Positions 12,701 through 23,346 of a stretch of DNA of 64,000 nt are shown here, in pieces. The notes under the pieces are model-generated. The model was given only the letters and a program-made list of their open reading frames with translations, was not told the DNA's origin and did no database searches. Each line of letters opens with the position of its first letter. Position 1 is the first letter of the stretch. Origin of the DNA: Haplodiscus bocki (Eukaryota); contig OZ296651.1 in assembly GCA_965655095.1 (NCBI GenBank), forward strand, positions 117,614,001-117,678,000, in the 5' to 3' direction. A program made the position numbers and the translations under genes.

Positions 12701-14490
12701 AAAAAGTCGAGTCTAGCGCCTCTGAGTTTTTTGAATGCAGACGTTTGGAATGATGTGAAAGTTCTGTCTATTAAGTTTACAAAATGCTACGCTGGTATGT
12801 AGCCAGGATCTTCGATAAACGTCCAACAACCAAAAGGGCAACGTATGTTTGGATACGGTTCCAAGTCCAAAGCTTCAGCCATTTCTTCTTGTCTCCTTGT
12901 TGTCATTAGTTGCTCGAAACGTTTCAGTCTCTGTGTTCCATCAACAGTACAAGTGCCAAAAATACGCCGCCGTTTCAAAACACGCTGGATGCAGTTAGGG
13001 AAAGGGGTAATTACCCCTAGCCAATGTTGCCTTATTTCCAGGGGTAACAGCGAGCAAAGAGCGACTAAACGAGCTTCTGGCTTGGAAGTATCAGAAAGGA
13101 GCGTGAAAAAAACAGCTGGCCAAGCCATTTGCCAGTTAACCTTTGGTGCAGTACAATAGTTATAACAGAAACAACACAGATGTACATTTTCGTTTTTCAG
13201 CTTTTTGCCGAACTTTCTATTAACCAATCCAACTTTGCTGTAGGCCTTAATGTCGAACGGATAATATACCGTGGCTTGACGCATGCACTTGCAACAAATG
13301 TTGGCAGCATCGACAGTATCTGTCACAACCAATTTTGACTCAGTTTTAACGGTTGATTCTTCAGTCAATTCCGATAATGGAACAAAATTTTCAGTTATTT
13401 TCAGTAAAATCTCATCAGTCAACTCGCCTCCAGGCAATTTGTGAAACTGATCTTGTCGATGTTCCACAGCAGTTGGAGGACGGCCTCTACTTCGCGTTGT
13501 AGTATTTTCTCCATCACAAAGAGCTTCTGCCAAACAAAAAGATGTCACAGCTGTATTAGTTTCTCTATCGTCGATCAAATATGTGGCGACTGGATATTCT
13601 GAAGACCGTCTGCGCTTCTGCAACGGCTCAGTTTCATCAAGTGCTGCAAGCGCTGTCTGGATTACGTGGCAGTGAGTATTCATTGCTGAATTTGCGCATT
13701 GACTACTCGAACCAGCAACATTTTCTGATAGGAGTGATGAAGTGTGGTATGTTTCGGTCAAGCCACTAATTACCTCAAAGTGATCTCCAGTTCGCGTTTG
13801 TTGAATGAAAACGCCTTGTCTGTCATTTGAGCAGTCGCATTTGTAAACGAACCAATTTTTCAAAAGACTGTGGTATAAATAAACGTCTAATTTAAAAAAT
13901 TGACAGAAGGTATATATTTCAACACAAGTGCCAAAAACTCCATTTTCTGCCATTCGCGATGTCTGCAGGTAGTGGTTGACAGTTGGACTGGTGAGAAGTT
14001 TGTTCTGGTTGGGGAACTCAGCGGAATAGATAGAAGTTTGCAAACTGTTTTCCGGAAAGGTTACCGAGTCCATGTTACTCACAATATGTTTCCTCAAATC
14101 ATGACCACTTTCATGAGAGAAACCGATAGCTACGCCCAGGGCAGTGAAAGGACAATTACCATCACCCGTTATTTTAAGACTCTGCGAGGGTTGAACAGAA
14201 GTGAGGCGAATGTTAGTTTTATTCACAATTATGCCGCTTGTTGGGGAACAGGATAGTCCCATCGCTTTCAACGTTGATTCTATGTGCAGGGTATCAACAG
14301 ACGAGACCAGCAAATTATTATCAGCTATACTGTACAAAATTCCTAATGGTTCGCTGGTTGAAGAAACGTTGTCAGTGGTAATTGGACAGGAGTGATTACG
14401 TTCACTGAAGCGTCCACATTTTGCACAGCGACGTCTTTTCAAATCACTCTTGCCAGATGGCATTGCTCTTTCACAACAAACTTCGCTCAA
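6721..14490 (-). pseudogene. Disrupted OTU-Rep-helicase-GIY-YIG polyprotein, unit A
   Basis: Collinear with 55528-63597; in-frame stops at 12787, 11834 and 10792, frameshift near 12565, and a deletion near 11313 removing the CRC..CP..C..C.C..H region; the last 1310 aa (HUH motifs 2-3, helicase, GIY-YIG) are open. Confidence 0.9.
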
Positions 14491-14661
14491 AAGTTTATCA
14501 ATAACTCATCTTTAATAGTGAATACAATGTAAAGAGTAGGCGCCATTATATAACCAACGTACAAAATGACATCGTTTTGCTCGGCTTTCAAACTGTTCAA
14601 TTAACGGTAGCATCTAATTAATTCGAAAAAAGTAGTATCCAGAAAAAAATATGCAATGTGG

Positions 14662-14699
14662 GCCTTGGGTTTGCGCAGTTAACGGAGCAAAACCAAGGC
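14662..14699. promoter_or_regulatory. Conserved inverted repeat (13-bp arms, 12-nt spacer) upstream of polyprotein
   Basis: GCCTTGGGTTTGC-GCAGTTAACGGA-GCAAAACCAAGGC; equivalents in all four units; function inferred. Confidence 0.75.
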
Positions 14700-15329
14700 A
14701 TTCATCAGAGAATGAAAACAAACAGGTACTTACTTGGAGAGGCGGCGATGTAATGAGTGTTAATTGCGAATCTTGTGTTGTTTAAAAATCGTATTTAAGA
14801 AAATAATTTCCGTTCGCCCATACAAGTGGAACGCATCTCGATGTTACGGATTCCCGTAAATTAGTAGTGTACATGGCGAGTTCTGTCAAGTTTTTTTCCG
14901 CAATCCTCAGTAAAAGAGACTACAATGCACATCACAATGGTTCTTAGAAACCAACAATGTTCAGTTGGAAAAACCAACTGAGAACGCATAAATGTTGAGC
15001 GAATTCATACGGATTTCGAAAGGTGTTTGGGAAAACTGTGCACTTTAGCAGGCCTGCAAGTTAACCTAAAAAGAGTAATCATGAAAAATGAGGAGGCAAG
15101 AAATGGAGAAAAAAAAGTTTTCCGAGATCTTACTATTAATTCAGGCAAACTAAAATTATGCCCTATTCTTTATGACTGAAGTCTGACACGAGGTGAAAAT
15201 TGACTCCACAGAAAAATATCTTCACGTAGAAAACCCGAAATCCTAACAAATTAGAGAACTATGTTTAAAAGATTCTTACCATCTTGTTTTTCTCTTAGTA
15301 AAATCTTGGCTTCCAAAATCATTGCATGA

Positions 15330-17350
15330 TACGGAAGTTATGGAAGCTGAGAAAACCAGGTGATTCAGTTGAGAAAACAACTGCTTGGAGCAGTGGTTGA
15401 TCAATAAAAATTATATCAAAAATATCGACAGCGTTTATGTAAATGCTAAAAATGAAACATTCAAGTTGATTATTGTACAAAGCAGATGGGATTTTTGACA
15501 GTTGAAACAAGAAACAGCAAGAGGCCCTCTTTTTCCCCCGCGAAAAAACACGTTAACAATTTTACCTTGTCAAAGTTTCATTTGAACACCTGAAGAATGT
15601 AAACTTTCAGTATTTGCCGAAATTTATTGAAATTGTCGTCAAACAGAAGTCATTTTTTTATAAGTGCGTCACAAAGTTGATCCACAGTCCCATGCGTGGT
15701 ACTTCCACGCCACAGATAACACACAGTTTGCTATGAATGTTGAGGCAGTACTTTCCACCAAAAAGTATTTTCCACAAGCAAGGCTTTTCGCTAACATCTG
15801 CACAAAACGCGTCCGAATCCAAACAGTGTTGTCGGAAAAGGCAATTTTTTGCGGTCAAAACTATTGATAATATGATCTGAATTACGGTCATTCGATCTTG
15901 AATTTCGCTCCAAAAATGGTAAAAACGATTGAGTGGTTGATCACATGGAAGATGAAACGAAACTCACAGGCAACACAAATATGAAGATTTTTCAATAGCA
16001 TGAAAAACACGATGAAATGACGCACACACTGTCAAGTTTGTCAGAAACCTATAGGTAATGTAATTCTGCGAACATGCACGTTAACACTCCGTAGCTTTTA
16101 GGCGGTAGAAGGGTAAAAAATTAATGAAAACATTTTCTCCGTAGCAAAACCATTAGCTTGCTCAACTCTGAGGAGCCCGTTGACACTGTTCGTTCAATGC
16201 CAATCATCTTTGGAATCCATCGGTATAAATTTAAAGTTACGATTATGTTGTACACTTTTCAATTTTTCTTACGCCTCTCATGCTCCATCAGCCACATTAG
16301 AAATTCATGTAGGATGATAACAGCGGAGTTCCCCTTTGGAATTCGGAAATTGTGGAAGAATACCCAGTACTCAGTCAACGATTCTTACAAATATTATCCA
16401 GCATTCTTCGTTCAGGAAAACGTCAGTTAAATAAATTACCCGAAACAATTAGCTCAATTTATCGACAGAAGCCACACGATGTTGACCATAGTCAGTTGAG
16501 ACTTCAGTGAGCCACGATTCACAAGAGGAAAACTTCAAACGATCGAATGACATAAGAAAAGTGTCTACTTCAGAGGGTTCAAATGAGGGATGGGAAATTG
16601 GCAAAGTCTAGTTGACGCTAAAGAAATTATGATTTCATATCAAAACGCTTTATACAAAAACTAACTTCGGCAATAGTTGAGAAGAATAACACTTTGCTAT
16701 ATTTCGCACGACCGCGGATAATTTTTTTGACAACGAGAAGCATTATTTCACAGAAAAATCAAAACTTACTTTGAAAAAAGTTCGAAACTCCCATATGTAG
16801 GCTTCAGAACCAACCAAATATATTCTTCCGAAAAACTCAGGTAAAAGAATTCGTGAAACGCGACAATTTTTGAACGGTCTGTAGAACAATAAAATCTTCA
16901 AAATCGGAAACACCCAAAAACGACATCAAGAGTAAATAAGCATCGTTTCAACTGTACACATTACCTCCACATATTGTTGAAGTTGCTTACACTAACCACA
17001 TTTCATGTTGGCAAAAGCTCAAAAAGTAGATAATCGAAGTACTGCTTTCAAGAGTTCATAAATGAAAGGCACATATTTAATCGACTATCAGTACTGATCC
17101 GCCATGAAGTTGGCCTTTATCTTGTCATAATTTATGGTTCAAGATTATTTGATGAAGCCAACTGTCTCAATTCAATGATGATTATGACTAGTAACTTTTC
17201 TCATCTTTTTGTTTTCCAAAAGCATCCAACGTTCTATATATGTATTTGGACGACGCATGAATAATATTGTTACATAGTGGATGAAATGTCATGGCGCAGA
17301 ACTTCCTATTCATAAATTTTCTAGTACAGAACACCTAACTGTACATTTTC
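15330..17350 (+). pseudogene. Heavily decayed, deletion-riddled protein-primed PolB gene with EndoVII-like Zn motif (Polinton/Maverick-like relic)
   Basis: Motif remnants in canonical order: SSG* (GSGW-like, 15389), VCYEC..VFST..HL (15726), FDLE (15891), THCQVCQKP (16024), DTVRSMP/SSLESIGINL (16182), EFPF..KL..TQ (16326), S*D..FT..KLQ (16494), VDAK (16611), LKKVR..NSGKR..NNKIFK (16770-16905), TD (~17093). Confidence 0.6.
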
Positions 17351-17941
17351 ATGTTTTGAAAAAATCAACTCATGTGAAATAGCACACAACACTTATATTG
17401 TTCCTCTGAAGCACAAAGGAAGGCAACGAGAACCACGAAGAATTGCTTCAAGTACATGACTCATTGCGCAACCAATAGATTTTTTTGAAAAAAGTGGATT
17501 AACTAAATGGAACGGAACTGTCCTGAAAACGTCCATTGTTATGGAAGCCGGTAACGGGTAGGTCTCCGGAGATATATTTCAATTCAGCAGCTGATAAAGT
17601 GGAAAATTTGTTATTTTACCGTTCTGAGCTGACTTCCGGAAAAAATCGACCGGAAAGTACGTTTGCCATACTTCATTGCTGCTGTATGAACTTAAAAAAA
17701 CCAGGAAGATTACTATAGGTTTTGAGGAACATCCTCACATTTACGGTGTGAGACGACCTTTGTACGTATCAGTTGCATCCGCATTGTGCGAGTTAATCTT
17801 CAGTCTGGAGAAAAGTATCGTAAAAAAAGAACAAACAACAGTTTCCAATTAATTAAACAAAAAATTAGATTCCGAACCAATCACCAGAATTGATACCGGA
17901 AAAAAAATGAATGCAAAAAAAACCCGCCCTCTAGTAAATTG

Positions 17942-18023
17942 CACCGTTGCCTCCACTGGGTGGTCACGGGATTACGCCCCTCATAGGTCCTGGCGAGGCG
18001 GGGGAGGGGCCCCTTTGCCTCGC
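17942..18023. repeat. Unit junction motif J2 (A/B1) with GC-rich hairpin
   Basis: CACCGTTGCCTCCACTGGGTGGTCA - 26 nt - GCGAGGC-GGGGGAGGGGCCCCTTT-GCCTCGC (7-bp arms, 17993-18023). Confidence 0.9.
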
Positions 18024-19562
18024 GTTAATATATAAGAAATAACTCTATGCAAATACGGTATAGGAAAATAACGATCTCAGCTCCCACCCATACGATTTTG
18101 ATCAAACTTTGCATGCGGGCATAACTTTCAATTCTAAGAACAATGGTGCAAGTTAGATCATTCTAGCAAAAATGGTTGGGGAATTATGACGGGATGATTC
18201 TGTTTTTTGGCCTCATTTTGCAGTTTTTTACCGACAGCCCTGCAAGGAACCACATGCACTTGGCCGAAACTTTTCGTGTGAAGCAGAATAACTAAGGGCT
18301 ACACACATGCAAAAAATTTTCTACCAACTCGTCATAGGTGTTGAGATATGACGGATCAAAGTTGGAAAAAAATGCCGAAAATCGACCATTTCGTCATAGC
18401 TCCCACATTGAAGTGCATAGTTTGCCCTCTGGAGTGGCTCCAGTATGAAATCGACTCCATATCTTCAAAGGCAATTTTCCGAAGATGAAAAAGTTTCGGC
18501 CACTTTGCCGAAAAAAATGACGGTTATGACGAATTTTTTTGGAAAAAAAAACAAAAATCAGAAAAAAATCAATTTTTGCTGTAGAATTTGAATATAACAC
18601 TTAAACAGGCGTATGGTGAAACGTCGGCAGGAATTTTTGCCCGCAATTCTCGGAGAGCAACTGTTCCTTTAACAAACAACTTCAAGTTTGATGAGTTTCT
18701 GGGAAGGAAAACTAAAATTTTTGTCCGAACGAATACTTTCAAAATTTGACCAGCGAAAGTGTTTTAACTTTCTCAAAAAGTTTCGCATCAATGTTGTCAA
18801 TTTGTAGGCAGTAGGTTCCCAGCTATTACTTTGTGAAAACAACCCGAATGAACCAAATGAACCTGTATAGACTTCAGAAAAAAATTCCCTAAAATTTCGT
18901 ATGAAAGTTTGATCCCATTCTTCTGTTAGCGAAAAATACAACACTGTATCAAACGTCAAGCAACGAACTGAGAGCGTGCACTTCGACCGATAGAAGAGCA
19001 AGCCAGCGTTTCAAAGTTCAAAACGTTCGGTCATGAACGGATAGTAATGTTTAACATAACAAGAAAGAAGTTAATTGCATAACATAAAAAGTTCACAACT
19101 TCTACACGAACCAATAAACCACACTCAAAAGCCACACGAATTAGCACAATGTTCTAAGCTACTGAAAAACGTAGGTTTACAGAGACAAGTCGTCGGCAGT
19201 TGCAAACTAATTTCCATTGTTCAACAACAACTAATTTGTAATTTGACATTAGTGTTTACAGTTCCACAAAAACCAACAATTAACCTTTGGGTACTGATAA
19301 GTACTGGAAAGTTAAACTTTATCATTAACAAGAAAATTGAAGCATAGGTTTCAAGATTGAAAAGGAGGAGAACAAATTGTGGTATGAAAGAACGAGGACA
19401 ACTTTATCAGTTGACTTTTTTTCCGAAACTTGTTAATTTGTGCATGTTTTTTTCAGCAACCACCTTGCGGTCGATTGCGAAAGGAGAGATTGGTTTTGAA
19501 AACCAGCAAGCAGTTCATGCGGTGGAGAAAGAACGGTCATCTGAGGAGTAAGTCTAGATCAG

Positions 19563-20573
19563 CTATCGTACGTTGTTCGGATTGTTAGGAGCACCGACGT
19601 TAGTATTCGCATGTTGCAAAGCTGGGGGCTCATTGCCAATATTGGCGTTGCATGGCACAATGTTGTATTTCAAGTTAAAAGGCACTTCAACGGCAGGCGT
19701 AATTTTGCAAATGCGGACACGTTGTACGTTTTGTGCAAGATTTTCGTCTGTGGATCCACTTTTGTAAAATCCACATACCTGCCAACCACCATTCTCATTT
19801 ACAAATTGGGACACCTGGTTAACAGCAATCCGCAGTTGTTGCGAATCGATTGATGCATATGAACTTCTAATAATTGCTTCGCTGCAAAACAGTTTTGTCA
19901 GGTTAAGACTTTGTATCATTTCTCCCGTGAGGGAATCTTCGTCTTCATTTTCGATGTCACGACTGACAATTCGGGCGCACATTACCCAAGCTGAAACAGG
20001 AGATTTCTGTATACAGGGGCATACAGAGTCAATTCGTTTTTCTCGTCTGTCACACATGAAGCCTGAGCAAGTTGGAGCTACAGCACCTGCTTGTAAGAAG
20101 GTGAGGGGTCTGTTTGGCAAGCAAAAGTGAAACATTGCTGTCGTTGATGGGTGGAGATCTATGGGAATTGGCAACAATGGAATATTGTTAACCACGACTT
20201 CCAAAGGAAGAAAGACATGAAAAATTGGATTACTGCGGTCATTGCCGAGACAAGAGTTCGAGAACACAGGTTCTTTTACGTCCACAATTGACCCTACTGT
20301 TAACAGAGTGTCCCCGAACAAAAAATAGCTTTTCTGTGCAGACTCCGCAATCACAGCAAAGCATTCTTTTGAATTGATCTCGCCTAGTATGACTAATCGA
20401 TCATAGCTGGTATCGAGGGCACCTCTCTTGTTTTTGATATTTTGCGGTCTAAACAACTGCAAAGGTTTGTCGTATTTCTTAATTACTAGAACGATACCTC
20501 TGACGAATGTATTTTCGCTTCGACGCAAAAAATTTGGTGCTGTTACTTGGGAGGTGTTCACTTGAGTTGTCAT
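19563..20573 (-). CDS. Element-borne uncharacterised protein (336 aa), Cys motif, possible OB-fold
   Basis: Open ORF conserved in all units; TTTCAG immediately before ACT-ATG suggests a possible upstream exon. Confidence 0.8.
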   Translation of the reverse strand: MTTQVNTSQVTAPNFLRRSENTFVRGIVLVIKKYDKPLQLFRPQNIKNKRGALDTSYDRLVILGEINSKECFAVIAESAQKSYFLFGDTLLTVGSIVDVKEPVFSNSCLGNDRSNPIFHVFLPLEVVVNNIPLLPIPIDLHPSTTAMFHFCLPNRPLTFLQAGAVAPTCSGFMCDRREKRIDSVCPCIQKSPVSAWVMCARIVSRDIENEDEDSLTGEMIQSLNLTKLFCSEAIIRSSYASIDSQQLRIAVNQVSQFVNENGGWQVCGFYKSGSTDENLAQNVQRVRICKITPAVEVPFNLKYNIVPCNANIGNEPPALQHANTNVGAPNNPNNVR

Positions 20574-22017
20574 AGTCTGAAATCAAACGTGGTTGAAGCT
20601 GCCTGAGAATTGAACAATTGGAACATTCAAAACCATGCTTTTTCCTTTTTTAAAGATTCTGTGAACGCATTTTCCTATAAGGTTCAATGAAGTCAACAGG
20701 CAAGTAATTTTGGTTTCAAGCATTTAATCCAGTGAATTAGCGCTATTGCTTCAAGTAAAGCAACCTGTTTTTCAAAAAAGCATGACAAGTTTCTCAATTA
20801 TTCACATTTCTCAAATCTTCTTTATCATTAAGTTTATTTCATCGAAATGTTATGTTACATTTACAGTTATCTTACTGTTCAACGCATCACGCTTTATCGA
20901 TCAGTAACACTCAAGGCAAAAGAAAAAAAATGGTGAGCAATGCATTCAAATACATCGTTATTACATCGGTTTTTTTCCTGTCTACAAAACTTGTAGAAAG
21001 TTAAGGATTATAAATTATATTTTCATTGCAGATGTTCCACAACTGAAGTTTAATACGAGCTCAAAGCTGCACAATGTTTGCTATAACGTTTTTTGCGAAT
21101 ATAAGAACAAACATTTCAAAAGAAAACTTTATTCAAAATAATATGAACAATCCTTGTAACAGTATGGCCGAGGTTAGTTGATCACTTTCGAAATTTTAAA
21201 CTACCAAAAGTTTTTAACAAACAATGTAACTATGGAGTACACTATTTCAGCGAAATCATGAAGGAATTGTGACGACTCATAGCGGACGGCGACCATTAAA
21301 AAAATGTTCCAATGACAACGAAGCATCAAAAATTCAAAGAGGTACAGATCACCATGCGGTTGAACTCCTTACAACGTCATCACAAACCAACTTTAAATTG
21401 AATGAGGCATGAAGACAAAGTTTAAAATAATAAATATGTTGTAATGTACGCCAAAATGCAAGGTGTGTGGAACAAAAAAAATTCAAAACCTCAAAGAAGT
21501 AGAGGCCACCATGCGGTCGAGCTTTTTTACAATTTTATCACTGACAAATTACAAATCGAAGAGGACACGAAAACAAAATTAAAACACTGTCCTAGCGGCG
21601 TCAATTGGCCAAGATTATTGGAAACCAAAAAAGCACCTTTGTTTGTTTTTAATGGTACCACCAAAAAAAGTTTCAAAATTGTGTCATCATGAAAAAACTA
21701 CCAAGAGTATTCGAAACATAGGTGCAACGACCAAGATTGTAATTCCATTTTCCAGAAATGTCCAAATGAAGCCTACAACAACACAGGGCCGGATCTTCAC
21801 CACTTCCAGTGGACGTAGCGGTTTTTGCGATGGGAGAGTCTCCTGATTGAGTATCCTAAACGACATTGGTGTTAGAATGGAAGTTTATGGAAAAAACGTA
21901 AACCTTCTATAGGTAAATTCCAAAGAGTTTAAAGCTAGAAACATTCAATTGCTGGAAAGTTGATATCAACCGCAAATTACTGGAATCAATACTGTTTTTC
22001 AACATCTTAATGTACTG

Positions 22018-22770
22018 CTAGACACATTTGTTACCTAAAGTCCGTCTTTTTATAATCCACAGGATGTTCGTCACGCCGTGCTGAGACAGATGCACTCCGT
22101 CTTTAAGATTTCTTTCAGATGACATCTTAGATGACACGGAAACGTAAGTGTAGTGTCCAATGGATGTTCGCAGCATTCGGTTTATTTCTTTCACTGCAAG
22201 GAAGCACGGTCGGCTTCGCATTACTAAGCCCAGGCAGTATACTTTGTCGCATTTTCTCTCGGCAATTCTCACAAGGTTCAAGATATCAAGGAACACCTAA
22301 TAATAAAACAACAAAAGCAAATGAAGTACTGTTGAGATATTAAAAACACAAAGTTACGGTTCAATTATAGTTTGCAAGTAGCACCAGTTAAAGTACCAGT
22401 AGAAAGACTTACTATTGAAAACAACGTGTTCCTAGATTTTTACTAAACGTACTTCAATAAAGGGTTTAACAATACACAAAAACGTTCCAAATTTTACTAG
22501 CGTCTAATTTGATTTTGCAAACAGTAACCCCATGAACCATCACTTAAGCTTTACCTGTTCTGGACTTTCAGCTGGACGCCGGCCCCAATTGGAAAGGCCA
22601 TTCCCTCCAATGAAACTTGTAATGGATTGGAAGCGGCGCCGCAAATTTTCCAGGAAACTCGTTACACGTCGGTCCGCCGCTCTGGCGCCAGGAAAACTTT
22701 TAACTGCCAAATTTTCAAGCACACCTTCCAGTTGTACGCCCAGAGAGTCGGTTATGATCAAATGAGCCAT
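22018..22770 (-). CDS. SGNH/GDSL hydrolase, two exons (22770-22555 and 22296-22018, 164 aa)
   Basis: ITDSLG, FPGA, FIGGNG, DGVHLS; intron CAG|GTAAAG...TTAG|GTG (22554-22297). Confidence 0.85.
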
Positions 22771-23106
22771 AATGATCTGGAAGCACTGTGAAAAACGTCG
22801 GTTTCTGCAGCTTCAGGTATCATCCCCGAATACGGGGATACAGTAACAAGAGTGCTTCAATCAACAATGTCAAAATTCGTCATTTAACGTATGATTATAT
22901 TTTTTCCCGAAAAAACTTGAAAGTTAGCTGATTTCTATTGTCCAAAATTAACGGCGCTTTTTAAAATGGACTCTTTCTAGTGCTTCCAAAATCAAAGTCC
23001 ATCAAATCAGGTTCAGTGAAAGTCAATCCCATCAAACTAATGAATTAAACAGACACAGACAAGTGATTAGCAACAAATCATGTCAACTGCAAAATAGATA
23101 ATGCAA

Positions 23107-23248
23107 CACTATGCAGTCGAAGCATTATCTTTTCCAGCAAAAAGGTTGATGTTGCTGCACGTGCTACTTGGTTCATCACTCTGCAGCCGATGCGGTTGCA
23201 GCATAACATAAAGAGAAATTCACCATTGCATCACTATGCAGTCGATGC
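23107..23248. repeat. Three dispersed copies of CACTnTGCAGyCGAwGC just past the polyprotein stop
   Basis: Copies at 23107, 23177 and 23232; also in B2 (~40147-40288) and C (55372, 55430). Confidence 0.7.
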
Positions 23249-23346
23249 GTATGGCTGTCAAGGCAAGGAAGTTTGTGTGCAAGTAAAACAATTATCTCAA
23301 ACTAATCCATAAGTTTTTGGGCAGCTTTCTCCTAAAGTACGACTTT

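Larger units (their letters stand above)
1372..17967 (-). mobile_element. Helitron/Helentron-like element, unit A (~16.6 kb, decayed RepHel)
   Basis: Bounded by J1 and J2; contains Rep-helicase polyprotein remnants, SGNH gene and 348-aa gene in the same order as units B/C. Confidence 0.88.

Noticed and set aside
17930-17936. CTRR followed by T (CTAGT/CTGGT) just left of every junction, resembling a canonical Helitron 3' end
   Set aside because: It lies on the strand opposite to the ORFs, has no upstream hairpin, and the subfamily switch point maps ~35 bp further right
21328-21590. Degenerate ~110-bp direct repeat and short ORFs between the 336-aa gene and SGNH in B
   Set aside because: Local duplication not shared with A or C; ORFs lack homologues in other units
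22822-22839. Hairpin ATCCCCG-AATA-CGGGGAT upstream of SGNH in B
   Set aside because: Not found at the equivalent position in A; too short to support a function
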